This document shows positions 1 to 8,362 of a DNA stretch of 64,000 nt, piece after piece. The stretch comes from Bacteroidota bacterium. Lineage in GTDB: Bacteria; Bacteroidota; Bacteroidia; Palsa-965. The notes beneath the pieces were generated by a model that was given only the letters and a program-made list of their open reading frames with translations, did no database searches and was not told the DNA's origin. The stretch is taken from NCBI GenBank assembly GCA_031412295.1, contig JANOCU010000027.1, forward strand, positions 897 to 64,896. The letters run 5' to 3'. Numbering within the stretch: the stretch's first letter is position 1; each line of letters opens with the position of its first letter. Made by a program: the position numbers and the translations under genes.

Positions 1-2121
1 ACAATTATTCCGGCGGGTCACAACACAAAAGGTTTTGCTGTTGCGTACATGGCGCCCGTATTAATGGGTGTGCTCATTGCATTCCGGGGAAGATTATTCC
101 TGGGTGCAGCGATCACAGCAATTGCGCTTGCACTTGAGATTTATTCGAATCACTTACAGATAACTTATTACCTCGCTATTGTTATCGTGTTGGTTGGAAT
201 CGGTGAAGGAATTCGTTTATTCAAAGAAGGCAGAATAAATTATTTTGCAAAAGCAGCAGGCCTGTTAATTGTTGCTGTTATTCTCGCTGCATTGCCGAAC
301 TACACCAATCTTGCAGTGACTAATGAATATGGAAAAGAGTCAACACGCGGACAATCTGATATTACATTAGACAGCAAAGAGCAGAAAAAAACTTCCGGTT
401 TGCCGATTGAATATGCAACACAATGGAGCTATGGCATTGGTGAAACATTCACATTAATGATCCCCGATTTTTCCGGTGGCGCATCTGAAGCAATCAGCAA
501 TTACGATGAGAAAGCGCTGGATGGCGTGGATGCTCAGTTCAAAGAATATATCGGCGGACAATCAGCTTATTTCGGTGATGTGATCTTTACCAGCGGACCA
601 TTTTATGTTGGCGCGATCATTTGCTTTTTGTTTGTGCTTGGATTATTCATTGTGAAAGATTCAATTAAATGGTGGCTGCTTGCTGCAACAGTTCTTGCTG
701 TAATGCTTGCCTGGGGAAGACATTTAATGGGCTTCACCGAATTTTTCTTCAATAATATTCCGGGATATAATAAGTTTCGAGCCGTTTCGATGATCCTTGT
801 TGTGGTACAATTAACAATGCCATTACTTGCGATGCTCGCGATAAAAGAAATTGTGAAACGCCCGGGTGAAATAAAAATGCAGATCAAAAAGTTTTATGCA
901 GCCTTTGGAATCACAGCCGGAATTTGTTTGTTGGTTTACCTTATGCCGGATACGTTCGTTACGCCGGTTAGCCCGGAAGACAGCGCACAGATGATTGCCG
1001 GAATTCAACAGCAGGGAGCAACCCAACAGGTAGCCGAAGAAGTTGTAATGAATTTAGAAATCGCGCGACTTGCAATTGTAACATCAGATGCAATTCGTAG
1101 CTTCTTCTTTATTTTGCTTTCAGGTGTATTGTTATTCCTTTACATCCGTAAGCCGTTCCAAAACATTGTGCTCGGTGGTGCATTGGCATTATTGGTTCTT
1201 GTTGATATGTGGGGAGTAAGTCACCGTTATATCAGCGATGAAAAAGGAAATACCAATTACGAGAAAGTCAGGAAAACGGAAAATTCATTTGTGAAATCGA
1301 AAGCAGATGAGCAGATTTTGCAGGATCCTTCACCTGATTATCGCGTGTTGAATATTGCTGTTCAAACCTGGCAGGATGCTTCAACTTCTTACTGGCATAA
1401 ATCAATCGGCGGTTATCACGGTGCGAAATTGAAACGTATGCAGGAATTGTATGAGCAGGTGATGGATGCTGAGCTCAATTCAATTCGTACAGGCTTAAAT
1501 GCTTCTACAAATGATTCAATGATCCGAGGCGTGCTTGCAAATCAAAATGCGTTGAATATGCTCAATACAAAATACATCATTTACAATCCGGATGGTGGTG
1601 TATTGACCAATCGTTTTGCCTGTGGAAATGCATGGTTTGTAAGCGAGATCAAAGCTGTTGCAAATCCGGATGAAGAATTGAAAGGAATAAAAACATTCTC
1701 ACCACGCACCACTGCCCTGGTAGATAAATCGCAGGTGACAGATGCATCTGTGCTTGGTTTTAAACCGAAGTATGACAGCACAGCGGTGATCAATCTCGTT
1801 TCATATTCGCCGAATAGCCTGAAATATTCATCCAACGCTTCAAGCGAACAGTTTGCAGTTTTCTCTGAAGTGTATTATGACAAAGGCTGGAATTCTTATA
1901 TCGACGGAAAGCCTGTTCCGCATGTGCGTGCGAATTTTGTTTTGCGTGCAATGAAAATTCCCGCAGGCAAACATGAAATTGAATTCAAGTTCGAGCCTTC
2001 TTCTTATTACAACGGAGAAAAAATTGCATTGGCCGGATCAGTATTGCTTTTCCTTTTTGCTGGTATTGGAATTTATATGGACGTTAAAAGGAAAAAGCAA
2101 AACGTTCAACCGACTGCATGA
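1..2121 (+). CDS. YfhO-family polytopic membrane protein (5' partial; reading frame is open back to window position 1)
   Basis: Multiple hydrophobic TM segments, large extracytoplasmic C-terminal half, terminal TM helix. The frame is open upstream of the ATG at 49, so the gene probably starts outside the window. Overlaps the following GT4 gene by ATGA. Confidence 0.55.
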   Translation, partial: TIIPAGHNTKGFAVAYMAPVLMGVLIAFRGRLFLGAAITAIALALEIYSNHLQITYYLAIVIVLVGIGEGIRLFKEGRINYFAKAAGLLIVAVILAALPNYTNLAVTNEYGKESTRGQSDITLDSKEQKKTSGLPIEYATQWSYGIGETFTLMIPDFSGGASEAISNYDEKALDGVDAQFKEYIGGQSAYFGDVIFTSGPFYVGAIICFLFVLGLFIVKDSIKWWLLAATVLAVMLAWGRHLMGFTEFFFNNIPGYNKFRAVSMILVVVQLTMPLLAMLAIKEIVKRPGEIKMQIKKFYAAFGITAGICLLVYLMPDTFVTPVSPEDSAQMIAGIQQQGATQQVAEEVVMNLEIARLAIVTSDAIRSFFFILLSGVLLFLYIRKPFQNIVLGGALALLVLVDMWGVSHRYISDEKGNTNYEKVRKTENSFVKSKADEQILQDPSPDYRVLNIAVQTWQDASTSYWHKSIGGYHGAKLKRMQELYEQVMDAELNSIRTGLNASTNDSMIRGVLANQNALNMLNTKYIIYNPDGGVLTNRFACGNAWFVSEIKAVANPDEELKGIKTFSPRTTALVDKSQVTDASVLGFKPKYDSTAVINLVSYSPNSLKYSSNASSEQFAVFSEVYYDKGWNSYIDGKPVPHVRANFVLRAMKIPAGKHEIEFKFEPSSYYNGEKIALAGSVLLFLFAGIGIYMDVKRKKQNVQPTA

Positions 2122-3407
2122 AGCGGGTACTGATCGTAACCTATTATTGGCCACCAAGCGGAGGTCCGGGCGTACAGCGCTGGCTCAAATTTGTAAAGTA
2201 TCTCCGCGACTTTAATATCGAGCCGATCGTTGTAACTGTTGATGCAGAAAAAGCATCGTATCCTGTTTATGATCCATCGCTTGAAGCGGAAATTCCTGCG
2301 GATGTAAAAGTTTACAGAACCAATTCTTTTGAGCCGCTGAAATTATTTTCTTCTGTTTTTAAAAAAGAAAAAGTTCCATACGCCGGAATTCCTGATCGCG
2401 ATAAGATGAGCTTTATCGGGAAAACTGCGTTGTATGTGCGCGCAAATTATTTTATTCCTGATGCACGAAAAGGCTGGAATAAATACGCGTTCAAAAAATG
2501 CTGCGAAATCATTGAATCGGAAAAGATCGATGCGGTAATTACATCCAGTCCGCCGCATTCTACACAGTTGATCGGGCTTGAGCTGAAGAAGAAATACAAT
2601 TTAAAATGGCTCGCAGATCTGCGTGATCCCTGGACGGAGATTTATTATTATCACAAGCTGCATCACACCGAAAAAGCAAAACAAAAAGATCTTCGTTACG
2701 AAACAGAAGTGCTGAACAGCTGCGATATTATTACCGTAACAAGTGAACAAACCGCAGCACGTTTTGCATTAAAAGTAAAAGACAATAAGCAGAAGGTAGC
2801 AGTTATCACGAATGGTTTTGACGAAGCAGATTTTCGAAATGTGCCGGTTTTGCAGCAAACACATTTCACCATCACTTTTCTCGGTACGATCAATGCGCAA
2901 TTCGGAATTGAACATTTTATTGAAGCTATTCTGAATGCAAGGAAAAAAATGCCGCAGGTTCCTTTCCGTTTGAAATTTGTCGGAGTGATGGATCTTGCTA
3001 CCAAACAATTAGTAGAAACGAAGCTGCCCGATTGTATTGAGCTTATTCAATATATCCCGCATAAAGAATCGATCCGCCATATTTGCTCCTCACAACTCTT
3101 GCTGCTGGTTATTCCGAAAGGTCCGAATGAAGGAACTGTTCCGGGAAAAACATTTGAATACATGGCGGCGAAGAGAAACATTTTATGCATTGCCCCGAAA
3201 GGAAGCAGCGCAGGAAAAATTATTGAAACAACTGAAACAGGAAAATCATTTTTGCATGAAGATGTTTCCGGGATGGAAGAATATGTTGCGGGGATGATGC
3301 AAAGATGGGAGCAGGGTGATGATTGTTCTGTAAATAATAATAATTTTAAGCAGTATTCACGACAGAATCAAACTGCTTTGCTGGCAGGATTGCTGAATTC
3401 TAATTAA
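2118..3407 (+). CDS. Glycosyltransferase, GT4/GT-B fold (N-terminal motif VTYYWPPSGGPGVQR)
   Basis: N-terminal YYWPP..GG motif typical of GT4-like enzymes, C-terminal Rossmann-like half, 4-nt overlap with the upstream YfhO gene. Confidence 0.7.
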   Translation: MKRVLIVTYYWPPSGGPGVQRWLKFVKYLRDFNIEPIVVTVDAEKASYPVYDPSLEAEIPADVKVYRTNSFEPLKLFSSVFKKEKVPYAGIPDRDKMSFIGKTALYVRANYFIPDARKGWNKYAFKKCCEIIESEKIDAVITSSPPHSTQLIGLELKKKYNLKWLADLRDPWTEIYYYHKLHHTEKAKQKDLRYETEVLNSCDIITVTSEQTAARFALKVKDNKQKVAVITNGFDEADFRNVPVLQQTHFTITFLGTINAQFGIEHFIEAILNARKKMPQVPFRLKFVGVMDLATKQLVETKLPDCIELIQYIPHKESIRHICSSQLLLLVIPKGPNEGTVPGKTFEYMAAKRNILCIAPKGSSAGKIIETTETGKSFLHEDVSGMEEYVAGMMQRWEQGDDCSVNNNNFKQYSRQNQTALLAGLLNSN

Positions 3408-3412
3408 GAAAC

Positions 3413-4030
3413 ATGCTTCTTTTTTTGTGGAAATGTTATTTACGTTTAAAAAATCCGAGCTGCAGGTTACATGCGGATACGTTTACGCGTAATGTAAATT
3501 TTGAAGAGCATGTGACGTGTGAAAAAGGCAGCTACATCGGCGCAGATAAAATTGGACGCTATACATTTATCGGCATGAACAGCTACGTCGATAAAAGCAC
3601 TTCAAGCATCGGGCGTTTTTGTTCCATTGCAATGGGCGCAAAAATTTCACTCAATAATCATCCGATGGAGTGGGTGAGCACGCACCCGTTTTTGTATAAC
3701 AAGAAATATAAATTCGTTGATGCAAATGTTTCGGTTGCAGGCGTGAACAATAAAAAAACGATCATCGGCAATGATGTGTGGATCGGTGCAAATGTGACGA
3801 TCCTTGCGGGGGTAACAATCGGCGATGGTGCGGTGCTCGGTGCGAATGCGTTAGTTACAAAAGATGTTGCGCCATATAGTGTTGTAAATGGCACACCGGC
3901 AAAGCATGTGAAATTCCGTTTTGAAGAAGATGTGATTAAGAAATTGCTCGAAATAAAATGGTGGAACTGGGAGGATGAAAAATTGAAATCCCGGATTAAT
4001 AGCTTCCGTGATCCGCAAAAGTTTTTCTGA
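3413..4030 (+). CDS. Hexapeptide-repeat O-acetyltransferase of the xenobiotic acetyltransferase (XAT; CatB/Vat-like) family
   Basis: Left-handed beta-helix hexapeptide repeats (WIGANVTILAGVTIGDGAVLGANALVTKDV) and the C-terminal WWNW motif typical of XAT enzymes. Sits 6 nt after the GT4 gene. Confidence 0.8.
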   Translation: MLLFLWKCYLRLKNPSCRLHADTFTRNVNFEEHVTCEKGSYIGADKIGRYTFIGMNSYVDKSTSSIGRFCSIAMGAKISLNNHPMEWVSTHPFLYNKKYKFVDANVSVAGVNNKKTIIGNDVWIGANVTILAGVTIGDGAVLGANALVTKDVAPYSVVNGTPAKHVKFRFEEDVIKKLLEIKWWNWEDEKLKSRINSFRDPQKFF

Positions 4031-4062
4031 GACTTGAGATGTGAGACTCTGCCTTTTTTTTT

Positions 4063-4106
4063 AATCATCAGGCAGGTTTGCGAAACCCGCCTAATGATTA
4101 AAAAAT
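4063..4106. terminator. Palindromic hairpin between convergent genes (AATCATCAGGCAGG / CCCGCCTAATGATT)
   Basis: 14-bp near-perfect inverted repeat with a 9-nt loop. The T-run is upstream and the A-run downstream on the + strand, so this is not a canonical intrinsic terminator in either direction. Confidence 0.4.
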
Positions 4107-4112
4107 CACCAA

Positions 4113-4874
4113 TTACTTCTTCTTAAAGGAATTTATCGCGTTAATCGTGAATTCCGAAAGCACTAATCTTCCACTGATGCCCGCGCGCTCAAATAATAAT
4201 TTATCCCAATGTTCAGTTCCGGCCCACGCGATTTTTTTTAATTCTGCCATCGCTTCAGGATTGCTTGCAGCTAACTTTTTTGTCAGTGCATTCAAACCTT
4301 CATCCAGCAATTCAATTGACGGATAAACATCAGCATACAAACCTTTTTCTTTTGCCCAGTTCGCATCCCGCCATTCAGTTGCATTAATCGCAAGATTCGT
4401 AAATGCAGAAGTGCCGATCTTACGTTCCACCGCAGGTCCAACCACAAAAGGCCCGATTCCCACAGCAAGTTCCGACAGCTTCACCGACGCGCTATCCACC
4501 GCCAGCGCATAATCAGCAGCCGAAGCAAGTCCGACGCCGCCGCCAACCGCTTTCCCCTGCACACGCGCGATCACGAATTTCGGAGCATTGCGCATCGCAT
4601 TGATGACGAGGGCAAATCCTGAAAAGAACTTTTCGCCGGCCGCCAGGTCTTTAATGCTGATGAGCTCATCGAAAGAAGCGCCCGCGCAAAACGATTTTTC
4701 ACCTTCCGACCGCAACACGATCACTTTAACCTCGGGATTTTTTCCCATGACAGTGATTTCTTCCGCCAGCTTGCGCAAAAGATCGCCTGGCATGGAATTG
4801 CTTTGAGGATGAAAAAATGTAACAGAACCTATTCCGTTATCGACCGAAGTTAAAATGTGACCATTTTCTGACAT
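4113..4874 (-). CDS. Enoyl-CoA hydratase/isomerase (crotonase) family protein
   Basis: Crotonase-fold motifs (VLRSEGEKSFCAGASFDEL, GGGVGLA..ADY). Confidence 0.85.
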   Translation of the reverse strand: MSENGHILTSVDNGIGSVTFFHPQSNSMPGDLLRKLAEEITVMGKNPEVKVIVLRSEGEKSFCAGASFDELISIKDLAAGEKFFSGFALVINAMRNAPKFVIARVQGKAVGGGVGLASAADYALAVDSASVKLSELAVGIGPFVVGPAVERKIGTSAFTNLAINATEWRDANWAKEKGLYADVYPSIELLDEGLNALTKKLAASNPEAMAELKKIAWAGTEHWDKLLFERAGISGRLVLSEFTINAINSFKKK

Positions 4875-5115
4875 GGCGTAAAATTAACAATTGAGATGAA
4901 ATTCACATTAATAAAGGGTTTCTAATGCTCGTTTGTTTGAGTACTGTTTTCGTTGGAATGCTACAGGTAAACGATTGATTGTTGAAATAACATACGTATA
5001 AAACTTACGATGAGATGTTTAATTATTACGATAAATATGAATAAATTACCCTTTAAAATTTAACCATTGTCTAAATAAAGGAAACCCTAATTGTGGGGGA
5101 GCGTAAAAGGTTTAT

Positions 5116-5123
5116 TACTTTTG
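5116..5123 (+). promoter_or_regulatory. Candidate Bacteroidota -7 box TACTTTTG, 20 nt upstream of the 5144 start
   Basis: Matches the TAnnTTTG consensus. No clean -33 TTTG was seen. Confidence 0.3.
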
Positions 5124-5143
5124 GCCATTACTGATCCGCTTAT

Positions 5144-5683
5144 ATGATAACAGAAAATGAAGTAAAAGAGCTGTTGCTTGATCCGCAGACAGATTGGTTT
5201 TATCTCGGAGAAATCGATGAAGATCTTATCAGTTCTTTTGTTTCCCTCGTAGAAAGCCGCCCCGACTTTCTGAAATTGCCCCGCCCATCACGTCGCAGGT
5301 TGATCAGTGCAGTGGTTGAATCTTTGCAGAATATTCAGAACAATACGCCTGTGATCACCACACCGCAAGCCGGATCAGTAGTTTTTATGCAACGTTATCA
5401 AAGCGGTGAGTTTGGATTGCTTTGTGGGAATATTATGAGAACAAATGAAGTTGATGCGCTGCGTCAAAAGCTCGATCACATTAATGCAGCAGATCCGATT
5501 TTGTTGCGTGAGATGTATATGAAACAAATGGAAGTTTCCCTCGACAGCGGAAGCCGTACCAACGCAGGATTAGGATTGCTTGAGATTGCACGGGCGGTTA
5601 CCGGACCCATCAAGTACAAATTTCTTCCTCTTGAAGATGGACATACTTTTTTTAGTGTTGAATTATTTTTGTCATTGAACTAA
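5144..5683 (+). CDS. SiaB-like small protein kinase (histidine-kinase-like ATPase fold; G2-box-like NAGLGLLEIAR)
   Basis: 179 aa. GLGL ATP-lid-like motif near the C-terminus. Its stop overlaps the start of the following DUF1987 gene (TAATG), the arrangement seen in SiaB/SiaC partner-switch pairs. Confidence 0.5.
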   Translation: MITENEVKELLLDPQTDWFYLGEIDEDLISSFVSLVESRPDFLKLPRPSRRRLISAVVESLQNIQNNTPVITTPQAGSVVFMQRYQSGEFGLLCGNIMRTNEVDALRQKLDHINAADPILLREMYMKQMEVSLDSGSRTNAGLGLLEIARAVTGPIKYKFLPLEDGHTFFSVELFLSLN

Positions 5684-6075
5684 TGGAAAAGCTGCACATC
5701 CATCATACCAAAACCACACCTGCGATTGTTTTCGATGCTGATAAGGGTGAATTTAAAATAACAGGCAGGTCAATTCCGGCTGACGCAACTATTTTTTATT
5801 CGCCGGCTGATAAATGGGCTGAAAAATTTACCGCTGTTTTTAAAGGTGATACGTTTACCATCGACATCATGCTCGATCATTTGAATACAGGATCTGTGCG
5901 TGCGATATTGACCATTCTAACGCGTTTTATCCGCATGAAGCCACGCGGAAAAACGGTGAATGTGAATTGGCATTACGAACAGGAAGATGAAGATATTCGT
6001 GATAAAGGCGAGGAGATGTCATTGATCCTCGATCATCCGTTTACTTTTATTTCCTTTAAGGGATCGGAAATGTAA
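5683..6075 (+). CDS. DUF1987 / SiaC-family protein (phosphorylatable partner-switch component)
   Basis: 130 aa. N-terminal region LHIHHTKTTPAIVFDADKGEFKITGRSIP matches the SiaC/DUF1987 pattern. Translationally coupled to the upstream gene. Confidence 0.6.
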   Translation: MEKLHIHHTKTTPAIVFDADKGEFKITGRSIPADATIFYSPADKWAEKFTAVFKGDTFTIDIMLDHLNTGSVRAILTILTRFIRMKPRGKTVNVNWHYEQEDEDIRDKGEEMSLILDHPFTFISFKGSEM

Positions 6076-6185
6076 GTTGGAAAAGGTTGGTGGTAGGTGG
6101 TAGAAAAAAAGTTGGTGGTTAGTGGTAGAACTTAAACGGTTCTTTTTACCACCAACCACCAACCTTTTTTTACCACCAACTATTT
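6076..6185. repeat. Nested palindrome built from GGTGGTA/TACCACC heptamers: outer arms, A7, inner extended hairpin, T7, outer arm
   Basis: ggttggtggtaggtggtag, then A7, then gttggtggttagtggtagaac-ttaaacg-gttc(ttt)taccaccaaccaccaac, then T7, then taccaccaac. It exactly fills the gap between the convergent stop codons at 6075 and 6186. Confidence 0.7.
6104..6170. terminator. Bidirectional intrinsic terminator (A7 - long hairpin - T7) inside the palindrome
   Basis: A-run upstream and T-run downstream of a roughly 21-bp imperfect stem. Sits between convergent genes. Confidence 0.65.
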
Positions 6186-7442
6186 CTACAGGCTCTTCAG
6201 CTTTTCTTTCGCCTGCGCTTTGTACTTTCCATTTTTTGCAACAATCTCGTTGAGCAATTTTTTTGCTTCGTCAATTCGTTTCAGCTGGATTAATGCTTCT
6301 GCTTTTTTCCATTGTGCGTCGTGGTAATTTTTGTGCGCGGGATTTTTCAGCACTTCATCATACAAGCTTAAGGAAGCAGCGGCTTGACCGGACGCGAGCA
6401 TCTTATTTGCATTTTCATAAGACAAATCAAGCTCAACATCACTTGGCGTTTTTGTTGTTATACGATAGGTAACAGAGTCCGTGGTAACTGAACCGGTGGT
6501 TGGAGTAGAGTACAGATATTCTGAAGAGCTGGTACCTGCAGGGACGGTAGAATTTGTCTGCACAGAAGTTGGTGCCGTTGTGGATAATGTGACGGGCACT
6601 TCTTTCGTAGTGTTATCCTTTTCTGCTACACGTTGCTGATCGTTTTTACCTTCTGCATCTTTATTCTGTTTGTATTTGCCGGATTCATCATCCTGTGATG
6701 CAGCTTTTTTTGGTTGCGGGGTTGAAAGCTTTTCTTTTTTTGCAACAGAACTTTCCTCGCGCTGTTGTACATCTTCCAATTTAGCGCCTACCACATTCGG
6801 ATAATCATCCATATCACCATCTGCTTCACCACTTGTGATGCTTTTATCTGCAGCAGATAATTCATCTGCAGATTTTTCCGGCACAAAATAATTTTCATCA
6901 GCTAAAGGAGGAGCCACATCAAAAAATCCGGGATCTGCTGTTCCTTTAGGTGCATCTTGTGTTACGATATCATTTGCAGCGCGGGTGTCTGATTCATTGA
7001 GTTGTTCTGTTATAACCGCAGGTGGTGCAGGCTTTGCTGTTTCTTCGTTTGGAAGCGACATGCTATCCTTTCTTGAAACATCTGCAAGCTCTTTTGAAAA
7101 ATCAGCCGATGTTGAAAGTTTTAAAAATAATGTGATTCCAAGTATCAAAACAATTCCGGCAGCAAGCGCATAATATTTTCGATTCGGATTAAGCGGAATT
7201 ACTTTCGGCTCTTCTTTTTCTTCTTTTAAAACCGGCGATGGAATAAATGCCGCAACTTTTTCACGACGTTTTACTTTTTCCAAACCATCAAGCGCATCAC
7301 TGCAAAAACCGCACGACAAAATATGCTTCTCAATAAAATGCATATCCGAAGCCTTCAACTTTCCATCGATATAATCGAAAAGCTGCGACTCCGACAGACA
7401 TTTGTCTTCGGGAAGAAATTTATATGTTGGTTGCTCAGCCAT
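6186..7442 (-). CDS. Anti-sigma factor: N-terminal zinc-finger (zf-HC2-like H-x3-C-x2-C), single TM helix, long acidic/Ser/Thr/Pro-rich periplasmic region, C-terminal TPR-like domain
   Basis: EKHILSCGFCSDAL motif. TM segment YYALAAGIVLILGITLFL. C-terminal helical repeats. Overlaps the upstream ECF sigma gene by 8 nt, as in sigma/anti-sigma operons. Confidence 0.7.
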   Translation of the reverse strand: MAEQPTYKFLPEDKCLSESQLFDYIDGKLKASDMHFIEKHILSCGFCSDALDGLEKVKRREKVAAFIPSPVLKEEKEEPKVIPLNPNRKYYALAAGIVLILGITLFLKLSTSADFSKELADVSRKDSMSLPNEETAKPAPPAVITEQLNESDTRAANDIVTQDAPKGTADPGFFDVAPPLADENYFVPEKSADELSAADKSITSGEADGDMDDYPNVVGAKLEDVQQREESSVAKKEKLSTPQPKKAASQDDESGKYKQNKDAEGKNDQQRVAEKDNTTKEVPVTLSTTAPTSVQTNSTVPAGTSSSEYLYSTPTTGSVTTDSVTYRITTKTPSDVELDLSYENANKMLASGQAAASLSLYDEVLKNPAHKNYHDAQWKKAEALIQLKRIDEAKKLLNEIVAKNGKYKAQAKEKLKSL

Positions 7443-8022
7443 GTTTACGCTTACTCATCAGTATTTTTAAATTTCTTTTTCCATTCTGAATAAAGCTTTT
7501 CACTTCATTCAAAGAGAATCCTGTTATATCCGACACTTCTTTATAACATTTCAATTCAAGGTAGAAGAGTTCCAGGCAACGACGCTGATTTTCGCCGAGG
7601 CCTTCAAGACTATCTTCCATTTCTCTTAATTGATATTCGGTGTCTGTTATACCTTCAAGATGCAACGACAGGTCAGTTTCCATAAGCCCTGCCATATCTT
7701 TTTTTAATTCCTCGTTATTCAACCGCTTGCTTTTACGGCTGCGGATATACATGAGGCATTCATTTTTTGTCACTGTATAAAGCCAGCCTTTGAACTGTTC
7801 TATATCATGACGATGCAGGTCACGCAATAATTTTTCAAACACCTGCATCTGCACATCCTGGCTTTCATCTTCATCCGCAAGATATTTCATGCAAACACCG
7901 AAAACCAGGTGACGATAACGCGAAAACAGCTCGCCGATGCACACGTTATCGCCGGTCTCTTTAAACCGGTTAACCAGCTCAGCATCTGACATGCCTTTTA
8001 TATGTGAAGAGAATTCAACCAC
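7435..8022 (-). CDS. RNA polymerase ECF-type sigma-70 factor
   Basis: Sigma-70 region 2 (LVNRFKETGDN..FSRYRHLVFGVCMKYL) and region 4 (CLELFYLELKCYKEVSDITGFSLNEVKSFI). The ORF as listed begins at a GTG. An ATG 30 nt in (7992, MSDAEL...) is a likelier start. Confidence 0.85.
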   Translation of the reverse strand: MVEFSSHIKGMSDAELVNRFKETGDNVCIGELFSRYRHLVFGVCMKYLADEDESQDVQMQVFEKLLRDLHRHDIEQFKGWLYTVTKNECLMYIRSRKSKRLNNEELKKDMAGLMETDLSLHLEGITDTEYQLREMEDSLEGLGENQRRCLELFYLELKCYKEVSDITGFSLNEVKSFIQNGKRNLKILMSKRKHG

Positions 8023-8362
8023 GTAGCAGACTACTAAAGTACGAAAACGGGAATAGGAGTTGTCATCCGCCGCGGCGGAGCCGGTCGTCAGAGGAATTAG
8101 TCGTCAGGAAAAGCAGGTGGATTACGGTGCTGCAAACCTGAAAAATACACCTCGATGAGCTGTATTTAAACTCCGATAATTAACCGGAATCATCCGTCAG
8201 ACGGAATTTTTTTTAGTGCAACAATTGGATAACTTTGCCACTTATAAAGCTGTCCTCTTCTTAACCTATTGAAAATCAACAGCCTTATAAATAGACAACA
8301 ACCATCTCCCATCTTCGGCACAATTCGTGCAAATTGCTGGTTGTCTCCTTAAAATCTGATCT

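Noticed and set aside
3413-4030. Possible antibiotic-resistance gene (Vat/CatB-type xenobiotic acetyltransferase)
   Set aside because: Family membership is clear, but the gene is fused into a glycosyltransferase/YfhO cassette with no mobile-element context. A sugar O-acetyltransferase role is more plausible, so it is not called a resistance determinant.
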